Source: Camelus dromedarius (taxonomy: Eukaryota). Taken from it: DNA of 64,000 bases. Location: positions 3,100,001-3,164,000 of the forward strand of contig NC_087436.1 in NCBI RefSeq assembly GCF_036321535.1. Reading direction: 5' to 3'. Under the pieces are notes generated by a model that was not told the DNA's origin, ran no database searches, and was given only the letters and a program-made list of their open reading frames with translations. Below, one piece after another: positions 1 to 12,300 of this stretch. Each line of letters opens with the position of its first letter. Position 1 is the stretch's first letter. The position numbers and the translations under genes are program-made.

Positions 1-3000
1 GAAGGACGGCTTTCACACACAGTTAACTCTCAGAACTGAGCATGTGGAGAGACGCTCTTTCATCTAGCACAAAGGAAAATTGTTGCAGGTGATACTTTAA
101 CTCTGGTTTCTCAGTCTGTTTCCTGTTGCCGTTTTGAAGTTCCTGCAGTTTTCACTGTAAAACAGAGTTGGAGCTAGTACCTCCCCATATATATGTAGGG
201 AGTGGATTTGGCAAATGAAAAGAAACTTTGTATTCCAAACCAGCTAGTTGAAGGACGGCTTTCACACACACTAATATCTCAGAAATGAGCATGTGGAGAG
301 ACGTTCGTTCATCTAGCACAAAGTATACGGGTTGCAGGAGAAACTTTTATTCTGGTTTCTCAGTCTGTTTCCTGTTGCCGTTTTGAAGTTCCTGTAGTTT
401 TCACTGTAAAACAGAGTTGTAGCTAGTACCTCCCCATATATATGTATGGAGTGGTGTTTGCAACTGAATAGAAACTTTCTGTTCCCAACAATCTAGGTGA
501 AATACGGCTTACACACACACTTATCTCTCAGAAATGGTCATGTGGAGAGACGTTCGTTCATCTAGCACAAAGGGAACGGGTTGCAGGGGAAACTTTTACT
601 CTGGTTTCTCAGTCTGTTTCCTAGTGCCGGAGTGAAGTTCCTGCAGTTTTCACTGTAAAACCGAGTTGGAGCTAGAACCACCCCATATATATGTATGGAG
701 TGGAGTTTGCAAGTGAAAAGAAACTTTGTGTTCCCAACATGCTAGGTGAAGGACGGCTTTCACACACACTTATCTCTCAGAACTGAGCATGTGGAGAGAC
801 GTTCGTTCATCTAGCACAAAGAGAACGGGTTGCAACAGAAACTTTTACTCTGGTTTCTCAGTTTCCTAGTGCCGGTTTGAAGTTCCTGCAGTTTGCACTG
901 CAAAACCGATTTGGAGCTATAACATCCCCATATATATGTATGGAGTGGAGTTTGCAAGTGAAAAGAAATTTTGTGTTCCCAACAAGCTAGGTGAAGGACG
1001 GCTTTCACACACACTTATCACTCATAACTGAGCAAGTGGAGAGACGTTCGTTCATCTTTCACAAATGGAACGGGTTGCAATAGAATCTTTTACTCTGGTT
1101 TCTCAGTCTGTTTCCTAGTGCCGGTTTAAAATTCCTGCAGTTTTCACTGTAAAACCGAGTTGGAGCTAGTACCTAACCATATATATGTATGGAGTGGTGT
1201 TTGCAAGTGAAAAGAATCTTTGTGTTCCCCACAAGCTAGGTGAAGGACGGCTTTCACACACACTTATCTCTGAGAACTGAGCATGTGTAGAGACGTTCGT
1301 TCATCTTGCAAAAAGGGAACGGTTTGCAGGAGAAATTTTACTCTGGTTTCTCAGTCTGTTTCCTAGTACCGGTTTGTTGTTCCTGCAGTTTTCACTGTAA
1401 AACCGAGTTGGAGCTAGTACCTCCCCATATATATGTATGGAGTGGAGTTTGCAAATGAAAAGAAACTTTTTGTTCCCAAGAAGCTTTGTGAAAGACGGCT
1501 TTCACACACACTTATCTCTCAGAACTGAGCATGTGGAGAGACGTTCATTCATCTAGCACAAAGAGAACGGGTTGCAGGGGAAACTTTTACTCTGGTTTCT
1601 CAGACTATTTCCTAGTGCCGGTTTGAAGTTCCTGCAGGTTTCACTGTAAAACCGAGTTGGAGCTAGTACCTCCCCATATATATGTATGGAGTGGAGTTTG
1701 CAAATGAAAAGAAATTTGTTTTCCCAAGAAGCTATGTGAAAGACGGCCTTCACACACACTTATCTCTCAGAACTGAGCATGTGCAGAGACGTTCGTTCAT
1801 CTAGCACAAAAGAACGGGTTGCAGGAGAAACTTTTTCTCTGGTTTCTAAGTCTGTTTCCTAGTGCCGGTTTGAAGTTCCTGCAGTTTTCACTGTAAAACC
1901 GAGTTGGAGATAGTACCTCCCCATATATATGTATGGAGTGGAGTTTGCAACTGAAAAGAAACTTTGTGTTCCAAACAAGCTAGGTGAAGGACGGCTTTCA
2001 CACACAGTTAACTCTCAGAACTGAGCATGTGGAGAGACGCTCTTTCATCTAGCACAAAGGAAAATTGTTGCAGGTGATACTTTAACTCTGGTTTCTCAGT
2101 CTGTTTCCTGTTGCCGTTTTGAAGTTCCTGTAGTTTTCACTGTAAAACAGAGTTGTAGCTAGTACCTCCCCATATATATGTATGGAGTGGTGTTTGCAAC
2201 TGAATAGAAACTTTCTGTTCCCAACAATCTAGGTGAAATACGGCTTACACACACACTTATCTCTCAGAAATGGTCATGTGGAGAGACGTTCGTTCATCTA
2301 GCACAAAGGGAACGGGTTGCAGGGGAAACTTTTACTCTGGTTTCTCAGTCTGTTTCCTAGTGCCGGAGTGAAGTTCCTGCAGTTTTCACTGTAAAACCGA
2401 GTTGGAGCTAGTACCACCCCATATATATGTATGGAGTGGAGTTTGCAAGTGAAAAGAAACTTTGTGTTCCCAACATGCTAGGTGAAGGACGGCTTTCACA
2501 CACACTTATCTCTCAGAACTGAGCATGTGGAGAGACGTTCGTTCATCTAGCACAAAGAGAACGGGTTGCAACAGAAACTTTTACTCTGGTTTCTCAGTTT
2601 CCTAGTGCCGGTTTGAAGTTCCTGCAGTTTGCACTGCAAAACCGATTTGGAGCTATAACATCCCCATATATATGTATGGAGTGGAGTTTGCAAGTGAAAA
2701 GAAATTTTGTGTTCCCAACAAGCTAGGTGAAGGACGGCTTTCACACACACTTATCTCTCATAACTGAGCAAGTGGAGAGACGTTCGTTCATCTTTCACAA
2801 ATGGAACGGGTTGCAATAAAATCTTTTACTCTGGTTTCTCAGTCTGTTTCCTAGTGCCGGTTTAAAATTCCTTCAGTTTTCACTGTAAAACCGAGTTGGA
2901 GCTAGTACCTAACCATATATATGTATGGAGTGGTGTTTGCAAGTGAAAAGAATCTATGTGTTCCCCACAAGCTAGGTGAAGGACGGCTTTCACACACACT

Positions 3001-3419
3001 TATCTCTGAGAACTGAGCATGTGTAGAGACGTTCGTTCATCTAGCAAAAAGGGAACAGTTTGCAGGTGAAACTTTTACTCTGGTTTCTCAGTCTGTTTCC
3101 TAGTGCCGGTTTGTTGTTCCTGCAGTTTTCACTGTAAAACCGGCTTGGAGCTAGTACCTCCCCATATATTTGTATAGAGTGGAGTTTGCAACTGAAAAGA
3201 AACTTTGTCTTCCCAACAAGCTAGGTGAAGAACGGCTTTCACACACACTTATCTCTGAGAACTGAGCATGTGGAGAGACGTTCGTTCATCTAGCACAAAT
3301 GGAACAGTTTGCCGGAGAAACTTTTACTCTGGTTTCTCAGTCTGATTCCTAGGGCCGGTTTGAAGTTCCTGCAGTTTTCACTGTAAAACCGAGTTGGAGC
3401 TAGTACCTCCCCATATATT

Positions 3420-5410
3420 TGTATGGAGTGGAGTTTGCAACTGAAAAAAAACTTTGTATCCCAACAAGCTAGGTGAAGAACGGCTTTTAAACACACTTAT
3501 CTCTGAGAACTGAGCATGTGGAGAGACGTTCGTTCATCTAGCACAAAGGGAACAGTTTGCGGGAGAAAATTTTACTCTGGTTTCTCAGTCTGATTCCTAG
3601 TGCCGGTTTGAAGTTCCTGCAGTTTTCACTGTAAAACCGAGTTGGAGCTAGTACTTCACCATATATTTGTATGAAGTGGAGTTTGCAACTGAAAAGAAAC
3701 TTTGTGTTCCCAACAAGCTAGTTGAAGGACGGCTTTTACACACACTTATCTCTCAGAACTGAGCATGTGGAGAGACGTTCGTTCATCTAGCACAAAGGGA
3801 ACGGGTTGCAACAGAAACTTTTACTCTGGTTTCTCAGTCTGTTTCCTAGTGCCGCTTTGAAGTTCCTGCACTTTTCACTGTAAAACCGTGTTGGAGCTAG
3901 TACCTCCCCATATATACGTATGGAGTGGAGTTTGCAAGTGAAAAGAAACTTTGTGTTCCCAACAAGCTAGGTGAAGGACGGCTTTCACACACAATTATCT
4001 CTCAGAACTGAGCATGTGGAGAGACGTTCGTTCATCTAGCACAAAGGTAACGGATTGCAGGAGAAACTTTTAAACTGGTTTCTCAGTCTGTTTCCTAGTG
4101 CCGATTTGAAGTTCCTGCAGTTTTCACTGTAAAACCGAGTTGGAGCTAGTACCTCCCATATATATATTTATGGATTGGAGTTTGCAAGTGAAAAGAAACT
4201 TTGTGTTCCCAACAAGCTAGGTGAAGGACGGCTTACACACACTTATCTCTCAGACCTGAGCATGTGGAGAGACTTTCTTTCATCTAGCACAAAGGGAACG
4301 GGTGCAGGAGAAACTTTTACTCTGGTTTCTCAGTCTGTTTTCTAGTGCCGGTTTAAGTTCCTGCAGTATTCACTGTAAAACATATTTGGAGCTAGTACCT
4401 CCCCATATATATGTATGGAGTGGAGTTTGCAACTGAAAAAAAACTTTGTATCCCAACAAGCTAGGTGAAGAACGGCTTTTAAACACACTTATCTCTGAGA
4501 ACTGAGCATGTGGAGAGACGTTCGTTCATCTAGCACAAAGGGAACAGTTTGCGGGAGAAAATTTTACTCTGGTTTCTCAGTCTGATTCCTAGTGCCGGTT
4601 TGAAGTTCCTGCAGTTTTCACTGTAAAACCGAGTTGGAGCTAGTACTTCACCATATATTGTATGAAGTGGAGTTTGCAACTGAAAAGAAACTTTGTGTTC
4701 CCAACAAGCTAGTTGAAGGACGGCTTTTACACACACTTATCTCTCAGAACTGAGCATGTGGAGAGACGTTCGTTCATCTAGCACAAAGGGAACGGGTTGC
4801 AACAGAAACTTTTACTCTGGTTTCTCAGTCTGTTTCCTAGTGCCGCTTTGAAGTTCCTGCAGTTTTCACTGTAAAACCGTGTTGGAGCTAGTACCTCCCC
4901 ATATATACGTATGGAGTGGAGTTTGCAAGTGAAAAGAAACTTTGTGTTCCCAACAAGCTAGGTGAAGGACGGCTTTCACACACACTTATCTCTCAGAACT
5001 GAGCATGTGGAGAGACGTTCTTTCATCTAGCACAAAGGTAACGGATTGCAGGAGAAACTTTTAAACTGGTTTCTCAGTCTGTTTCCTAGTGCCGATTTGA
5101 AGTTCCTGCAGTTTTCACTGTAAAACCGATTTGGAGCTAGTACCTCCCATATATATATTTATGGATTGGAGTTTGCAAGTGAAAAGAAACTTTGTGTTCC
5201 CAACAAGCTAGGTGAAGGACGGCTTTCACACACACTTATCTCTCAGACCTGAGCATGTGGAGAGACTTTCTTTCATCTAGCACAAAGGGAACGGTTGCAG
5301 GAAAAACTTTTACTCTGGTTTCTCAGTCTGTTTTCTAGTGCCGGTTTAAGTTCCTGCAGTATTCACTGTAAAACATATTTGGAGCTAGTACCTCCCCATA
5401 TATATGTATG
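3420..5410 (+). repeat. Local 4-monomer tandem duplication (period ~992 bp; types H-I-J-K twice), also present in the second 38-mer copy (~12860-14850)
   Basis: The diagnostic GCGGGAGAAAATT occurs at ~3559 and ~4551. GGTAACGGATT and CAGACCTGAG monomers repeat in the same order. Confidence 0.9.
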
Positions 5411-5849
5411 GAGTGGAGTTTGCAAGTGAAAAGAAACTTTGTGTTCCCAACAAGCTAGGTGAAGGGCGGCTTTCACACACACTTATCTATGAGAACTTAG
5501 CATGTGGAGAGACGTTCGTTCTCTAGCACAAAAGGAACAGTTTGCAGGAGAAACTTTAACTCTGGTTTCTCAGTCTGTTTCCTAGTTCCGGTTGAAGTTC
5601 CTGCAGTTTTCACTGTATAACCGAGTTGGAGCTATACCTCCCCATATATATATATGGAGTGGAGTTTGCAAGTGAAAAGAAACTTTGTCTTCCCAACAAG
5701 CTATGTGAAGAACGGCTTTCACACACAATTATCTCTGAGAACTGAGAATGTGGAGAGACGTTCGTTCATCTAGCACAAAGGGAAGAGTTTGCTGGAAAAA
5801 CTTTTACTCTTGTTTCTCAGTCTGTTTCCTAGTGCCGGTTGAAGTTCCT

Positions 5850-8800
5850 GCAGGTTTCACTGTAAAACCGAGTTGGAGCTAGTACCTCCCCATATATTTG
5901 TATGGAGTGGAGTTTGCAACTGAAAAGAAACTTTGTGTTCCCAACATGCTAGGTGAAGGACGGCTTTTAAACACACTTTTCTCTCAGAACTGAGCATGTG
6001 GAGAGACGTTCGTTCATCTAGAACAAAGGGAAAGGTTTGCAACAGAAACTATTACTCTGGTTTCTCAGTCTATTTCCAAGTGCCGGTTTGAAGTTCCTGC
6101 AGGTTTCACTATAAAACCGATTTGGAGCTAGTACCTCCCCATATATATGTATGGAGTGGAGATTGCAACTGAAAAGAAACTTTGTGTTCCCAACAAGCTA
6201 GTTGAAGGACGGCTTTCACACACAGTTTAATCTCAGAACTGAGCATGTGGAGAGACGTTCGTTCATCTAGCACAAAGGAAACGTGTTGCAGGTTAAACTT
6301 TTACTCTGGTTTCTCAGTCTGTTTCCTAGTACCGGTTTGAAGTTCCTTTAGTTTTCACTGTAAAACCGATTTGGAGCTAGTACCTCCCCATATATAAGTA
6401 TGGAGTGGAGTTTGCAACTGAAAAGAAACTTTGAGTTTCCAACAAGGTAGGTGAAGGACGGCTTTCACACACAGTTAACTCTCAGAACTGAGCATGTGGA
6501 GAGACGTTCGTTCATCTAGCACGAAGGAAACGGGTTGCAGGGGAAAGTTTTACTCTGGATTCTCAGTCTGTTTCCTAGTGCCCGTTTGAAGTTCCTGTAG
6601 TTTTCACTGTAAACCGTGTTGGAGATAGTACCTCCCATATATATATGTATGGAATGTAGTTTGAAAGTGAAAAGAAACTTTGTGTTCCCAAGAAGCTAGG
6701 TGAAGGACGGCTTTCACACACACTTATCTCTCAGAACTGAGCATGTGGAAAGACGTTCCCTCATCTAGCACGAAGAGAACGGGTTGCAGGAGAAACTTTT
6801 CTCTGGTTTCTCAGTATATTTCCTAGTGCCGGTTTGAAGTTCCTGCATGTTTCACTGTAAAACCGAGTTGGAGCTAGTACTTCCCCATATATATTTATGG
6901 AGTGGAGTTTGCAACTGAAAATAAACTTTGTGTTCCCAACAAGCTACGTTAAGAACGGCTTTCACACACACATATATCTCAGAACTGAGCATATGGAGAG
7001 ACTTTCGTTCATCTAGCACATAGGGAACTGGTTGCAGGAGAAACTTTTACTCTGGTTTCTCAGTATGTTTCCTGTTGCCGCTTTGAAGTTCCTGCAGTTT
7101 TCACTGTAAAACCGAGTTGGAGCTAGTACATCCCCATAAATATGTATGGAGTGGAGTTTGCAACTGTAAAGAAACTTTGTGTTCCCAACAAGCTAGGTGA
7201 AGGACGGCTTTCACACACTATTATCTCTCAGAACTGAGCATGTGGAGAGACGTTCGTTCATCTAGCACAAAGGGAACGGGTTGCAGTAGAAACTTTTACC
7301 CTGGTTTCTCAGTCTGTTTCCTAGTGCCTGTTTGAAGTTCCTGAAGGTTTCACTGTAAAACCGAGTTGGAGTTAGTACCTCCCCATATATATGTATGGAG
7401 TGGAGATTGCAATTGAAGAGAAAATTTGTGTTCCCAAAAAGCTATGTGAAGGACGGCTTTCACACACAGTTAACTCTCAGATATGAGCATGTGGAGAGAC
7501 GTTCGTTCATCTTGCAAAAATGGAACGGTTTGCAGGAGAAATTTTACTCTGGTTTCTCAGTCTGTTTCCTAGTACCGGTTTGAAGTTCCTGCAGGTTTCA
7601 CTGTAAAACCGAGTTGGAGCTAGTACCTCCCCATATATTTGTATGGAGTGGAGTTTGCAACTGAAAAGAAACTTTGTGTTCCCAACATGCTAGGTGAAGT
7701 ACGGCTTTTAAACACACTTTTCTCTAAGAACTGAGCATGTGGAGAGACGTTCGTTCATCTAGAACAAAGGGAAAGGTTTGCAACAGAAACTATTACTCTG
7801 GTTTCTCAGTCTATTTCCAAGTGCCGGTTTGAAGTTCCTGCAGGTTTCACTATAAAACCGATTTGGAGCTAGTACCTCCCCATATATATGTATGGAATGG
7901 AGATTGCAACTGAAAAGAAACTTTGTGTTCCCAACAAGCTAGTTGAAGGACGGCTTTCACACACAGTTTAATCTCAGAACTGAGCATGTGGAGAGACGTT
8001 CGTTCATCTAGCACAAAGGAAACGTGTTGCAGGTTAAACTTTTACTCTGGTTTCTCAGTCTGTTTCCTAGTACCGGTTTGAAGTTCCTTTAGTTTTCACT
8101 GTAAAACCGATTTGGAGCTAGTACCTCCCCATATATAAGTATGGAGTGGAGTTTGCAACTGAAAAGAAACTTTGAGTTTCCAACAAGGTAGGTGAAGGAC
8201 GGCTTTCACACACAGTTAACTCTCAGAACTGAGCATGTGGAGAGACGTTCGTTCATCTAGCACAAAGGAAACGGGTTGCAGGGGAAAGTTTTACTCTGGA
8301 TTCTCAGTCTGTTTCCTAGTGCCCGTTTGAAGTTCCTGTAGTTTTCACTGTAAACCGTGTTGGAGATAGTACCTCCCATATATATATGTATGGAATGGAG
8401 TTTGAAAGTGAAAAGAAACTTTGTGTTCCCAAGAAGCTAGGTGAAGGACGGCTTTCACACACACTTATCTCTCAGAACTGAGCATGTGGAAAGACGTTCC
8501 CTCATCTAGCACGAAGAGAACGGGTTGCAGGAGAAACTTTTCTCTGGTTTCTCAGTATATTTCCTAGTGCCGGTTTGAAGTTCCTGCATGTTTCACTGTA
8601 AAACCGAGTTGGAGCTAGTACTTCCCCATATATATTTATGGAGTGGAGTTTGCAACTGAAAATAAACTTTGTGTTCCCAACAAGCTAGGTTAAGAACGGC
8701 TTTCACACACACATATATCTCAGAACTGAGCATGTGGAGAGACTTTCGTTCATCTAGCACAAAGGGAACTGGTTGCAGGAGAAACTTTTACTCTGGTTTC

Positions 8801-9340
8801 TCAGTATGTTTCCTGTTGCCGCTTTGAAGTTCCTGCAGTTTTCACTGTAAAACCGAGTTGGAGCTAGTACATCCCCATAAATATGTATGGAGTGGAGTTT
8901 GCAACTGTAAAGAAACTTTGTGTTCCCAACAAGCTAGGTGAAGGACGGCTTTCACACACAATTATCTCTCAGAACTGAGCATGTGGAGAGACGTTCGTTC
9001 ATCTAGCACAAAGGGAACGGGTTGCAGGAGAAACTTTTACCCTGGTTTCTCAGTCTGTTTCCTAGTGCCGGTTTGAAGTTCCTGAAGGTTTCACTGTAAA
9101 ACCGAGTTGGAGCTAGTACCTCCCCATATATATGTATGGAGTGGAGATTGCAATTGAAGAGAAAATTTGTGTTCCCAAAAAGCTATGTGAAGGACGGCTT
9201 TCACACACAGTTAACTCTCAGATATGAGCATGTGGAGAGACGTTCGTTCGTCTTGCAAAAATGGAACGGTTTGCAGGAGAAATTTTACTCTGGTTTCTCA
9301 GTCTGTTTCCTAGTACCGGTTTGAAGTTCCTGCAGGTTTC
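5850..9340 (+). repeat. Local 7-monomer tandem duplication (period 1,741 bp; types N-O-P-Q-R-S-T twice), also at ~15290-18780
   Basis: ORF pairs 7395/9136, 15298/17039 and 16836/18577 are all offset by 1741. Diagnostic motifs recur in order (GAAACTATTAC, GTTTAATCTC, GCCCGTTT, GTTCCCTCATC, TTAAGAACGG, TTTTACCCTGG, GATATGAG). Confidence 0.92.
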
Positions 9341-12300
9341 ACTGTAAACCCGAGTTGGAGCTAGTACCTCACCATATATATGTATGGAGTGGAGTTTGCA
9401 ACTGAAAAGAAACTTTGTGTTCCCAACAAGCTAGGTGAAGGACGGCTTTCACACACAATTATCTCTCAGAACTGAGCATGTGGAGAGACGTTCGTTCATC
9501 TAGCACTAAGGAAACTGTTTGCAGGAGAAACTTTTACTCTGGGTTCTCATTCTGTTTCCTAGTGCCAGTTTGAAGTTCCTGCAGTTTTCACTGTAAAACC
9601 GAGTTGGAGCTAGTACCTCCCCATATATATGTATGGAGTGGAGTTTGCAAATGAAGAGAAACTTTGTGTTCCCAACAAGCTATGTGAAGGACGGCTTTCA
9701 CACACAGTTAACTCTCAGAAGTGAGCATGTGGAGAGACGTTCGTTCATCTAGCACAAAGGAAACGGTTTGCAGGAGAAACTTTTACTCTGGTTTCTCATT
9801 CTATTTCCTAGTGCCAGTTTGAAGTTCCTGCAGTTTTCACTGTAAAAACGAATTGGAGCTAGTACCTCCCCATATATAAGTATGGAGTGTAGTTTGCAAA
9901 TGAAAAGAAACTTTGTGTTCCCAACAAGCAATGTGAAGGACGGCTTTCACACACAGTTAACTCTCAGATCTGAGCATGTGGAGACACGTTCGTTCATCTA
10001 GCACAAAGGAAACGTTTTGCAGGGGAAACTTTTACTCTGGTTTCTCAGTCTGTTTCCTAGTACCGGTTTGAAGTTCCTTTAGTTTTCACTGTAAAACCGA
10101 GTTGGAGCTAGTACCTCCCCATATATATGTATGGAGTGGAGTTTGCAACAGAAAAGAAGCTTTGTGTTCCAAACAAGCTAGGTGAAGAACGGCTTTCACA
10201 CACACTTATCTCTCAGAACTGAGCATGTGGAGAGACGTTCGTTCATCTTGCACAAAAGGAACGGTTTGCAGGAGAAATTTTACTCTGGTTTCTCAGTCTT
10301 TTTCCTAGTACCGGATTGTTGTTCCTGCAGTTTTCACTGTAAAACCGAGTTGGAGCTATTACCTCCCCATATATATGTATGGAGTGGAGTTTGCAAATGA
10401 AAAGAAACTTTGTGTTCCCAAGAAGCTATGTGAAAGACGGCTTTCACACACACTTATCTCTCAGAACTGAGCATGTGGAGAGACGTTCATTCATTCTGCA
10501 CAAAGAGAAAGTTTTGCAGGAGAAACTTTTACTCTGTTTTCTCAGTCTATTTCCAAGTGCCGGTTTGAAGTTCCTGCAGGTTTCACTGTAAAACCGATTT
10601 GGAGCTAGATCCTCCCCATATATATGTATGGAGTGGAGTTTGCAACTGAAAAGAAACTTTGTGTTCCCAACAAGCTAGTTGAAGGACGGCTTTCACACAC
10701 AGTTATCTCTCAGAACTGAGCATGTGGAGAGACTTTCGTTCATCTAGCACAAAGGAAACGTGTTGCAGGGGAAACTTTTACTCAGGTTTCTCAGTCTGTT
10801 TCCTAGTACCGGTTTGAAGTTCCTTTAGTTTTCACTGTAAAACCGAGTTGGAGCTAGTACTTCACCATATATTTGTATGAAGTGGAGTTTGCAACTGAAA
10901 AGAAACTTTGTGTTCCCAACAAGCTAGTTGAAGGACGGCTTTTACACACACTTATCTCTCAGAACTGAGCATGTGGAGAGACGTTCGTTTATCTAGCACA
11001 AAGGGAACGGGTTGCAACAGAAACTTTTACTCTGGTTTCTCAGTCTGTTTCCTAGTGCCGCTTTGAAGTTCCTGCAGTTTTCACTGTAAAACCGTGTTGG
11101 AGCTAGTACCTCCCCATATATACGTATGGAGTGGAGTTTGCAAGTGAAAAGAAACTTTGTGTTCCCAACAAGCTAGGTGAACGACGGCTTTCACACACAC
11201 TTATCTCTCAGAACTGAGCATGTGGAGAGACGTTCGTTCATCTAGCACAAAGGTAACGGATTGCAGGAGAAACTTTAAACTGGTTTCTCAGTCTGTTTCC
11301 TAGTGCCGATTTGAAGTTCCTGCAGTTTTCACTGTAAAACCGAGTTGGAGCTAGTACCTCCCATATATATATTTATGGATTGGAGTTTGCAAGTGAAAAG
11401 AAACTTTGTGTTCCCAACAAGCTAGGTGAAGGACGGCTTTCACACACACTTATCTCTCAGACCTGAGCATGTGGAGAGACTTTCTTTCATCTAGCACAAA
11501 GGGAACGGGTGCAGGAGAAACTTTTACTCTGGTTTCTCAGTCTGTTTTCTAGTGCCGGTTTAAGTTCCTGCAGTTTTCACTGTAAAACATATTTGGAGCT
11601 AGTACCTCCCCATATATATGTATGGAGTGGAGTTTGCAAGTGAAAAGAAACTTTGTGTTCCCAACAAGCTAGGTGAAGGGAGGCTTTCACACACACTTAT
11701 CTATGAGAACTTAGCATGTGGAGAGACGTTCGTTCTCTAGCACAAAAGGAACAGTTTGCAGGAGAAACTTTTACTCTGGTTTCTCAGTCTGTTTCCTAGT
11801 TCCGGTTGAAGTTCCTGCAGTTTTCACTGTATAACCGAGTTGGAGCTATACCTCCCCATATATATATATGGAGTGGAGTTTGCAAGTGAAAAGAAACTTT
11901 GTCTTCCCAACAAGCTATGTGAAGAACGGCTTTCACACACACTTATCTCTGAGAACTGAGAATGTGGAGAGACTTTCGTTCATCTAGCACAAAGGGAAGA
12001 GTTTGCTGGAAAAACTTTTACTCTTGTTTCTCAGTCTGTTTCCTAGTGCCGGTTGAAGTTCCTGCAGTTTTCACTGTAAAACCGAGTTGGAGCTAGTACC
12101 TCCCCATATATTTGTATGGAGTGGAGTTTGCAACTGAAAAGAAACTTTGTGTTCCCAACAAGCTAGGTGAAGGACGGCTTTTAAACACACTTTTCTCTCA
12201 GAACTGAGCATGTGGAGAGACGTTCGTTCATCTAGAACAAAGGGAAACGTTTGCAACAGAAACTATTACTCTGGTTTCTCTGTCTATTTCCAAGTGCCGG

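Noticed and set aside
26..80. Resemblance of TCTCAGAA...TGTG...TTCATCT..CACAAAG to primate alpha satellite
   Set aside because: The similarity is short and patchy, the monomer length differs (249 versus 171 bp) and the rest does not align by eye. This is insufficient to claim homology without an alignment test.
14..200. (CA)n and (TA)n microsatellites; TATA-like element
   Set aside because: These are only 4-5 units and are fixed parts of the monomer, not independent loci. There is no evidence for promoter function.
1..249. Tandem RNA-gene array (5S rRNA, tRNA, snRNA, spliced leader)
   Set aside because: I see no recognisable 5S, tRNA or snRNA sequence or A/B-box layout, and variation is spread over the whole monomer rather than sparing a conserved gene core.
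8321..8340. Intact reverse-strand CENP-B box at GCCCGTTTGAAGTTCC in P-type monomers
   Set aside because: It matches CCCG-NN-T but lacks the required CGAA four bases later (TTCC instead).
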